Origin: a virus
Taxonomy: Duplodnaviria; Caudoviricetes
DNA: 24,143 nt
Reading direction: 5' to 3' (one strand)
Virus record (IMG/VR): IMGVR_UViG_3300044670_002514
Location: 1-24,143 of that record
Under the pieces are notes generated by a model that was not told where the DNA came from, made no database searches, and was given only the letters and a program-made list of their open reading frames with translations. This document shows positions 17,159 to 24,143 of the stretch, piece by piece (the stretch's first letter is position 1; each line of letters begins with the position of its first letter). The translations under genes and the position numbers were made by a program.

Positions 17159-17720
17159 ATTAAACACATATCAGAGAATACAATCCTATAGAAATTATAC
17201 TATTGCTGAACTGGAAGGGTATACTCTTAATGAATCCCTGTCACCGTCTGGTGTTACCTTTGATGATGCTAATACTGGAAATGATGTAGATTTTAGTGAC
17301 GGCGTAACAATGGATGAAGATATTGAGGCTAATTTTTTAAATGATGTGGCGAGCCAAATTCTGCGTCTGGGGGTAAACCTTCCATTAGAAGACTCAGATC
17401 GATTTGGTTTCTTACAATTATATGTCAATGATTATCAGATTGCTGATGTTGTAAACAATGGATTCGTTGGTGCATATGACGCATTAATAGTTTCGAAATA
17501 TGCTTCGAATGTACCAATTACAGAAGCTGAGACTGATTGGATTGAAAACAATATTGTACCCTATAATAACGGTGTTGTGGAACCTAAAATTAATATCTCA
17601 AGATTTGATCAAAATAAATGGTACACCCCATATGATACCCCAAATAACTTTGATTCTATAGGAAGGTCATTAGTTGGCACAGATTCCATAGGATATCATG
17701 GAATTACTCAGTGGTGGTAG
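17139..17720 (+). CDS. hypothetical acidic virion protein; possibly the frameshifted C-terminal part of the gp7-like gene
   Basis: 193-aa ORF in the +1 frame that overlaps the gp7-like stop and ends immediately before a late promoter. Alternative ATG at 17145. Confidence 0.6.
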   Translation: MKMGQRRLNTYQRIQSYRNYTIAELEGYTLNESLSPSGVTFDDANTGNDVDFSDGVTMDEDIEANFLNDVASQILRLGVNLPLEDSDRFGFLQLYVNDYQIADVVNNGFVGAYDALIVSKYASNVPITEAETDWIENNIVPYNNGVVEPKINISRFDQNKWYTPYDTPNNFDSIGRSLVGTDSIGYHGITQWW

Positions 17721-17728
17721 TATAAATA
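17721..17728 (+). promoter_or_regulatory. T4 late promoter
   Basis: Exact TATAAATA in the intergenic gap upstream of the gp9-like gene. Confidence 0.85.
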
Positions 17729-17755
17729 ATACTAAAGAAATTGGTAGGCAGATAA

Positions 17756-18733
17756 ATGGCTAGACAAACTATTAATACAGGTACGACTGCTAATGATGGA
17801 TCGGGAGATACATTAAGGGTTGCTGGTACCAAGATAAATGAAAACTTTGTGGAATTGTATACTACCGTTGGCGGGGGTGTTGGCAATCCCACGCGCCTAA
17901 CTGATAGTGGAGTTACCTTTCTTGGTTTATCCTATAATACAAGACTTGGATTTGTTGAAGGTGCGAGTCTTATATCAATTGATTTACCCAACACCAGCGG
18001 GGTGTTATTAGTAGATACAGCTACACAGACAATTACCAATAAAACCATTTCAGCCGATGATAATAGTATTTCGGGTCTGCCTAATTCTAGTTTTGTGGTT
18101 ACAAATGGTTCAGGTGTAATAAATGGTGCGGCTGCGGCCAAGACGATACCTGTGGGTGACGTGATTGGCTCTACGGATGCCCAAACAATGACCAATAAGG
18201 TTTTGACACGACCCACAATCTATCGACCAAATATTCACCAGTCGCTGCGTGATTCAGACGGTTCAGATATTATCAAAATCGTAACCGTGGGTTCAGCAAA
18301 TTCAATTCAAATATCTAATGCCACGACTTCCAACAAACCAATAATCGAAGTTGCGGGTGATGATGCTAATATTGGCCTGGATATCAATGCTAAGGGAACG
18401 GGGCAAATTAATATTAATTCTTCGTTGGTATTGGGTAATAATTCTATTGATTCTGCAGCGCCTACCCTAGCTGCATATATGAAATCACCTCTTACAATTT
18501 TTAATCACAATGCTTCTATTTCTGCGACAATGCCTGATGGTACTACAATAGGTCAAAAGAAAACCTTTGTAAATAAAAATACTGGAGCGGCCACAATAAC
18601 TAAATCTGGAAGTAATCTGGGTCCACATAATACCTTTGCAGTAGCAAGATTTGGATCTGCGTCATTAGTGTGGGATGGGTCCGAGTGGATAGTTCTAAAC
18701 GATCCGACATCTACATACTTAACATTTACATAA
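17756..18733 (+). CDS. gp9: baseplate wedge / tail fibre connector with T4 gp9/gp10-type N-terminus
   Basis: MARQTINTGTTANDGSGDTLRVAGTKINENFVELY is the gp9/gp10 N-terminal signature. It also has QTITNKT/QTMTNKV fibre-type repeats. Confidence 0.7.
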   Translation: MARQTINTGTTANDGSGDTLRVAGTKINENFVELYTTVGGGVGNPTRLTDSGVTFLGLSYNTRLGFVEGASLISIDLPNTSGVLLVDTATQTITNKTISADDNSISGLPNSSFVVTNGSGVINGAAAAKTIPVGDVIGSTDAQTMTNKVLTRPTIYRPNIHQSLRDSDGSDIIKIVTVGSANSIQISNATTSNKPIIEVAGDDANIGLDINAKGTGQININSSLVLGNNSIDSAAPTLAAYMKSPLTIFNHNASISATMPDGTTIGQKKTFVNKNTGAATITKSGSNLGPHNTFAVARFGSASLVWDGSEWIVLNDPTSTYLTFT

Positions 18734-18743
18734 GAGATAAACC

Positions 18744-20264
18744 ATGGCAGCAATTATTACTAAAAAATTAAAAAAACTTTTTATACAGGATCTACTTGAT
18801 CAATACAATGTAGAGAATATTGGTGATTCTAATAATTACTTCTATATTGGCCTCAGTAAATCTCAGCCCTATAATGTAGAAGTGGGTGGTTTGGATACGG
18901 TATATGACCCCGATCCATCAGATTGGGATGAACGTAGCTTTAGAATGTCACTACAATCCGTAAAGTTAGCCGAAGCAGTATCATTTGTGGTTCCCATTGA
19001 AATATGGTCTACTAATACTAAGTATTATCAATACACAGATAATTTATCACAGGATCCAAGATTCTATGTAAGAACAACCGATAATAACGTTTATGTTTGT
19101 ATTCGTCAGGGTAAAAATGCTGTTGGTGCTCATACAGAATCAACAGTTAAACCTGACCATACGGATACGACACTTCCAATTGAAACAGATGGATATGTTT
19201 GGAAATATCTCTATACCATTTCTACGACAGATGCAAACAACTACCTGACCGACACATGGATGCCCGTTAAGTATGTTGACTCGGCAGCTCCCACTGCTCC
19301 AGAGGCTCCTCAGAAGGCAGTGCAGGATGCCGCTATAGGTGGACAACTTATTGGTTATAGGGTAGTTGCAAATCAAGGTGCTGCGGCCGCTCAATATTCT
19401 CAGGCCCCTTCGCTAACAGTTATTGGCAACGGTACAGGAGCATTGGCTCGGCCTGTTATGTCTGCCATATCTGGAAATGCTACTATTGTCTCAGTTGAAG
19501 TTGGCGACAGTGTCAACGCGGGTACTACGGGATATGGTGACCTTGCTAATTACATGGGGTCAGGTTATAATTATGCTAATATTGCAATTGATAACACGTT
19601 TCTGGTATCAGGAACTGCTCCCACGATCTACCCCGTATTTGCTCAAGACTCAGGTCTAGGAGCCGATCCTACAGTTGATCTAAAGACACGGGCCATTATG
19701 TTCCACATTAAGCCAACCGGAGTTCAAAATAAAAAATTCGTTATTGATCAAAATTATAAACAAATTGGCCTGATTAGAAATCCTAATTCATATGGAACAA
19801 ATACTTTATACAATGATGCAGAGGGATTGGGTCTTTCTAAACTCAGAATCAAACCAAGGCCAGCCGGTGCTACGGGTGATCCTTCTGGTGGATATGCCCT
19901 AACATTTAGTGAGAATACAGTTGTTACACAGACGACAGGTACTAATGCAGGGGCCAAGGCTTACCTCACATGGTATGATGATTCTGATACTATATGGTGG
20001 CATCAAGATGAATATACAGGATTTTTACCATTTGATTCAGGTGAAACAATTACTATCGAGGATAACAATTCACTTCCCACGACAACTATATTTGGTATCT
20101 ATAATACTAGCACACTACCCACTGGTTCTGGGTCAAACATATATACTTCCTTTAATCCGGATATTGATAAATTTTCGGGTGAAGTACTGTTTATAAATAA
20201 CCAAACAGCTACTCCTCGTAGTAGACTTGGTGCAGAAGACATCAAGCTAGTAATGCAACTTTAA
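18744..20264 (+). CDS. gp8: baseplate wedge subunit
   Basis: Motifs MAAIIT, YFYIG, FYV.T...VYVCI, DGYVWKYLYTI, WMPV and SGEVLFINN...R....EDIKLV. Confidence 0.9.
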   Translation: MAAIITKKLKKLFIQDLLDQYNVENIGDSNNYFYIGLSKSQPYNVEVGGLDTVYDPDPSDWDERSFRMSLQSVKLAEAVSFVVPIEIWSTNTKYYQYTDNLSQDPRFYVRTTDNNVYVCIRQGKNAVGAHTESTVKPDHTDTTLPIETDGYVWKYLYTISTTDANNYLTDTWMPVKYVDSAAPTAPEAPQKAVQDAAIGGQLIGYRVVANQGAAAAQYSQAPSLTVIGNGTGALARPVMSAISGNATIVSVEVGDSVNAGTTGYGDLANYMGSGYNYANIAIDNTFLVSGTAPTIYPVFAQDSGLGADPTVDLKTRAIMFHIKPTGVQNKKFVIDQNYKQIGLIRNPNSYGTNTLYNDAEGLGLSKLRIKPRPAGATGDPSGGYALTFSENTVVTQTTGTNAGAKAYLTWYDDSDTIWWHQDEYTGFLPFDSGETITIEDNNSLPTTTIFGIYNTSTLPTGSGSNIYTSFNPDIDKFSGEVLFINNQTATPRSRLGAEDIKLVMQL

Positions 20265-20273
20265 GGGTATAAT

Positions 20274-23200
20274 ATGGCTACTCAATATACACAAAATACA
20301 TTTTTAGCTCAGTATAATGATGATTACAGAGACAGTGATCACTTCCATCGTATATTGTTTAATAATGGTCGGGCATTACAAGCACGTGAACTTACACAAA
20401 TGCAGACTATTATTCAGGCTGAAATATCACGTATTGCAACCTATCTTTTTAATGAGGGTTCAATACTCAATACAAATGTCAGCTTGGCATCCGGGCCAAA
20501 TGAAGGCGCCTATACTTTCGTAAAAGTTGATAATCTATCATCTATATCAGGATCCCAGGCTCTGGTTGGAACAGAGATTAATGATGGTACTCTATATGCC
20601 GTGGTCAAGGCGGTCATACCATCCGAAACAGTTACGCGGAATGGAGTTGTGGTTACGGATCCTGACACCCTAATCGTAAAGATGGGTAGGGGTAATCCCA
20701 ATACTGGCAACCAAGCTCCAGAACCATCATCTGCTCTAAAATTCCAGGCGGGTGGTACACTTACGACTGATCTTGGAAATTTAGATATTACGGTGGGAAC
20801 CAATGTCGTAGGTACATGTACTCTTATTGATACTCCTCGTTTTGAATCCTTTGCGGCAGGCCATATGATTATGGTTGAAGCCCAGACCCTTATTATTGAC
20901 AAGTATAGTCCTACAGGCTCTGGTATTGTTGGATTCAAAATAACCGAAGAGATCATTACAAGCAGTGACAATGTAGCCTTATTTGACAATTCAGGAACCA
21001 CACCAAATCTTACATCTCCTGGAGCAGACCGCTATAAGATTACTCTAACGCTGGACCTAAAAAAGAATTCATCAGCTGGCTCTACATTCTTTGAATTATA
21101 TCATATCTCAAATGGTCTATTTACATTAGTAAAAACAAAAGACAATAATCTTAACTTTTTAGGTGATCTATTAAATGATCGCACCAAAGCAATTAGTGGT
21201 AATTTTATTGAAAAAACCGGTGGACTTGAATCATTTACACTCTCTATAGAAGATGACTCTATTGATGAAAATTATTTAAGTTATTCTCTTGCCGGTGGTA
21301 CCGCCTTTATTGAAGGCCAGAAAATTACCAAAAAGTATTTTAATAAACTAAGAGTAGCTAAACCAAGGTCACTAGTAAATGACGTTGAAACCAAAACTAA
21401 TGAATTTGTTTCGGCAAGATATGGTGGTTACTTCCTTGCAGACTCTGCTTGGGGATTAATTGGAAAAATAAATGATTACACTACCGTAAACCTTTATGAT
21501 ATAGAAAAAAACGGAACTCAGCAGTATCAACTTAACTCCTTTAACACAAATATCGGTACGGCTCGTGTAAGACATATTGATGAATATAACGATCAATATC
21601 GTATACATGTATTTGATGTAAATATGGTTCCTTCCAAGGGCATTAAAGATGTCAAGTCATTAGGTTCTGATTCTGACAATCATGCTAATTTAGTTACTTT
21701 GTTGGGATCAACTGACATATATGATATTCAGGATAACAACCTCCTGTTTAATTTAGGTAGAGATAGAGTTCAGACCGTATCTAATTTAACGTCTACGGTT
21801 GGAGTAGTAAAGACAGATACCTCAAGTGGTGCCGGTGTAGCAACCAATATCAACTCAACCGGATCAAATACTCTTACAGATGCAGAACAATGGTTGATCT
21901 CAGTAGATTCTAGTGGAGAAATTTTCTCCGAGGCTTCTATTAATATTGCCGTTGATGGCCTATCTGCTTCGATAAGTGGATTACCATTTAATTCAGCTAT
22001 TACGGTATTGGCCTATGAGAATACCACTTTGACCCAAAAGGTCAAAACCATTTCATCTAATGTTACGGAAACGGGGCTTTCTCTCAGCAATGGAAGATTT
22101 AATCTTAATAAGGTTGACATCTATCAATTCATAAGTATTACGGATGATACGACAGGTGCAAATATTAAGCATAAATTCATACTTGATAATGGTCAAAGAG
22201 ATAATCATTATCAAGCAGGTGGTGGAGATCTAAAGGCGAGTGTTTCGGCCCCTGCTGGTACAATTACGGTTGTCTACAAATACTTTAATCATGGATCGGC
22301 ACCGTCTGGTGTAGGCTATTTTGGAGGTAAGGCATCATATCCCAGCCTTTCATATGATAAAATACCATCCTATACTACGGCAACCGGTGTGAAAAATAGA
22401 CTTACTGATGTAATTGACATGAGACCAATAAAGGATCCATCCAGTGGTAGCTTTACGTCAGGTGATGGCAGAATTGAAAGACTGCCACGCAATACTGATA
22501 CACTTACGGTTGGTACCACTGAATATTGGAAACCAAGGGTAGACATTATTTCCCTTGCTCCCGATGGCATAGTGCATCATCATGCCGGTCCTTCATCCTT
22601 TAGGTTACTTGAACCATCAGATATTCAACCAACCCACATGTTATTACATAAAGTGACCTTGGGGCCCTACACTCTAAATGCTAAGGACCTAAGAAAGACA
22701 TCATATGATAATCGTGGTTTTAAGATGGCCGACATTCGTAAAATGGACCGCAGACTAAACAATGTCGAGGCTCTCACTACACTAAGCCAAACAGAATGGT
22801 CACTATCTCAATTGGAAGTATATGATCCTGACAACCCAACATCTGTAAGGCAGACCGAAGGATTATCGGGTGATGGTTTTAATAATCTTCGCCAGACTGA
22901 TTATCACAATAACGATCACCGTGCCTTGGTATATGATCTGCCGGGTATTATGGCTCCGTTGCAGTACAAACGTCAGGTTGGGGTAACATTCGACCTATCT
23001 TCATCTGATGATGTAACTCTTAAGGGAGATCAGGTGTGGCCAGTCTATACAGAAGTAGTGGCTGATTGGTCTATGGACTCTGCGACCAGCTACATTGCCG
23101 TGAATCAATTTGAAACTGGTAGAACTATTGGTGTTGGAGAATTAACCCCACAGATGGATTATTGGACAGTAAAGAAAAAGGTTGATGAATCATATATTTC

Positions 23201-23318
23201 AGAAGCAGAAGAATCATTTATTGATCCAGATGGCAATCCAACCATACTATCCCAACCCCTGGGGTTCACAGACCTTGATGCAGGTGAAGCATATAATACA
23301 CCTGGAGGACAAAGCTAA
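20274..23318 (+). CDS. large virion structural protein (DUF4815 / VrlC-like)
   Basis: Motifs YNDDY...FHRILF..GRALQARELTQMQTI.Q, PGADRYKI, LDNGQRD, IDMRP and FKMADI.K...RL.NVE. Confidence 0.8.
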   Translation: MATQYTQNTFLAQYNDDYRDSDHFHRILFNNGRALQARELTQMQTIIQAEISRIATYLFNEGSILNTNVSLASGPNEGAYTFVKVDNLSSISGSQALVGTEINDGTLYAVVKAVIPSETVTRNGVVVTDPDTLIVKMGRGNPNTGNQAPEPSSALKFQAGGTLTTDLGNLDITVGTNVVGTCTLIDTPRFESFAAGHMIMVEAQTLIIDKYSPTGSGIVGFKITEEIITSSDNVALFDNSGTTPNLTSPGADRYKITLTLDLKKNSSAGSTFFELYHISNGLFTLVKTKDNNLNFLGDLLNDRTKAISGNFIEKTGGLESFTLSIEDDSIDENYLSYSLAGGTAFIEGQKITKKYFNKLRVAKPRSLVNDVETKTNEFVSARYGGYFLADSAWGLIGKINDYTTVNLYDIEKNGTQQYQLNSFNTNIGTARVRHIDEYNDQYRIHVFDVNMVPSKGIKDVKSLGSDSDNHANLVTLLGSTDIYDIQDNNLLFNLGRDRVQTVSNLTSTVGVVKTDTSSGAGVATNINSTGSNTLTDAEQWLISVDSSGEIFSEASINIAVDGLSASISGLPFNSAITVLAYENTTLTQKVKTISSNVTETGLSLSNGRFNLNKVDIYQFISITDDTTGANIKHKFILDNGQRDNHYQAGGGDLKASVSAPAGTITVVYKYFNHGSAPSGVGYFGGKASYPSLSYDKIPSYTTATGVKNRLTDVIDMRPIKDPSSGSFTSGDGRIERLPRNTDTLTVGTTEYWKPRVDIISLAPDGIVHHHAGPSSFRLLEPSDIQPTHMLLHKVTLGPYTLNAKDLRKTSYDNRGFKMADIRKMDRRLNNVEALTTLSQTEWSLSQLEVYDPDNPTSVRQTEGLSGDGFNNLRQTDYHNNDHRALVYDLPGIMAPLQYKRQVGVTFDLSSSDDVTLKGDQVWPVYTEVVADWSMDSATSYIAVNQFETGRTIGVGELTPQMDYWTVKKKVDESYISEAEESFIDPDGNPTILSQPLGFTDLDAGEAYNTPGGQS

Positions 23319-24073
23319 TGAGTCATGGTTATTATAAAAATAAAACAATATCAACAGTAGAAGATGTATCAGCAGGATTTGATCAGGTTCCCGTGCATCG
23401 ACCTCTTTTTCTCTACTTTGAATTTGAGGGGTTGCGGCCCAACATTCCCCATTGGTTTTTCTTTGGAGGTACGAATGTTACGACCTATGTAAGAACTGGA
23501 GTTGCCAAGTCAACCTTTACTAACGCGGCCCGTAATTCTACTCTGAAAGAGCCCGGAGATGCCTACGTAAATGAAACAGCTTTTCCTGCAGCTCAGGGTG
23601 GTCCCACTAGTTCCAACGGCGATGGTATAAAAACAGATGCCGAGGGAAAAATATTTGGTCTATTCTATTTGCAGAGTAATACCAGCCTAAATTGGCAGAC
23701 CAAATATAGCGGTACAGAATTTATTGTCAGTGACGTCCTTTCAACCAAGAAAGTTAATTCTACTTCCTATTCATCAACTATGTTTAGTGGCTTTGGGCAA
23801 TATCAAAATTACTGGACAAAGGTTACGACATCTAATAGTGCAGAATGGGTAGCGTATGCCCACAGTTCTAATAATGATAATAGTGGCGGCTATCAATCAC
23901 CCTACACTACTACGGGTAATTTTAATACGACTACAAATCAGTGGTCATATACTACTACAGGGCCAGGTGGTTACTCTTCAACATCATATTCTCAAGCAGA
24001 TAATCAGTCAGGTGGATTTTTAGGATCTTTAAAAGAATTTTTCTCTCCTCGTACAGATAATGAATTTAAATAG
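23318..24073 (+). CDS. virion structural protein resembling an internal segment of DUF4815-type proteins
   Basis: Motifs FEGLRPN..H..FF.G..VT and TDAEGKIFGLF. Start overlaps the upstream stop (TAATG). Confidence 0.6.
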   Translation: MSHGYYKNKTISTVEDVSAGFDQVPVHRPLFLYFEFEGLRPNIPHWFFFGGTNVTTYVRTGVAKSTFTNAARNSTLKEPGDAYVNETAFPAAQGGPTSSNGDGIKTDAEGKIFGLFYLQSNTSLNWQTKYSGTEFIVSDVLSTKKVNSTSYSSTMFSGFGQYQNYWTKVTTSNSAEWVAYAHSSNNDNSGGYQSPYTTTGNFNTTTNQWSYTTTGPGGYSSTSYSQADNQSGGFLGSLKEFFSPRTDNEFK

Positions 24074-24082
24074 GAATAACAA

Positions 24083-24143
24083 ATGACCGCACTTTTAAAT
24101 ATTACTGAACAAAGAAATCCTGCCGCTCAGGTATTTAAAGTAC
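24083..24143 (+). CDS. start of the next virion structural gene (3' truncated)
   Basis: SD AGGA, then MTALLNITEQRNPAAQVFKV. NPAAQVF resembles the DPLAQTF motif of DUF4815-type proteins. Confidence 0.55.
   Translation, partial: MTALLNITEQRNPAAQVFKV

Noticed and set aside
2698-22570. Remaining short ORFs nested in or antisense to the structural genes (e.g. 9908-10408, 20510-21001)
   Set aside because: They overlap well-supported genes completely or almost completely, and their composition matches off-frame or antisense translation.
7202-24073. TAG stop-codon reassignment
   Set aside because: TAG codons fall at true gene ends followed closely by new starts, and long genes are intact under the standard code.
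1-24143. CRISPR array, intron/intein, homing endonuclease, IS element or DGR repeats
   Set aside because: No spaced direct repeats, interrupted genes with splicing motifs, transposase/RT ORFs or template/variable repeat pairs were seen by eye. gp4 is a TnsA-like nuclease but is a core T4 gene.

Overview
The window is the baseplate/tail-assembly region of a T4-like (T4 superfamily) myophage. Its protein styles resemble environmental/marine T4-like phages, but the host cannot be assigned from sequence. It opens with the 3' end of the ssDNA-binding protein gene (gp32) and a GC-rich, highly structured 128-nt spacer. A leftward operon follows: gp4, gp2, a tail-tube-fold gene, gp26-like, an unannotated gp51-like frame and a putative tape measure. 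A rightward operon runs gp48, gp53, hub, three gp5/cell-wall-hydrolase genes, gp25, gp6, gp7-like, gp9-like, gp8 and DUF4815-like virion proteins. T4 late promoters (TATAAATA) are present. The strongest unannotated signal is a likely programmed -1 ribosomal frameshift at the end of the gp26-like gene. A U UUU UUU slippery site, a 6-nt spacer and a 12-bp stem with a nested hairpin would fuse gp26 to the start-less gp51-like frame just upstream of the tape measure, a lambda G/GT-type tail-chaperone arrangement in a T4-like phage. Also notable: a candidate pseudoknotted RNA behind gp32, a gp5 split across genes with three hydrolase classes (some degenerate), and a probable +1 break in gp7. All family calls come from motif recognition and synteny, not database searches.
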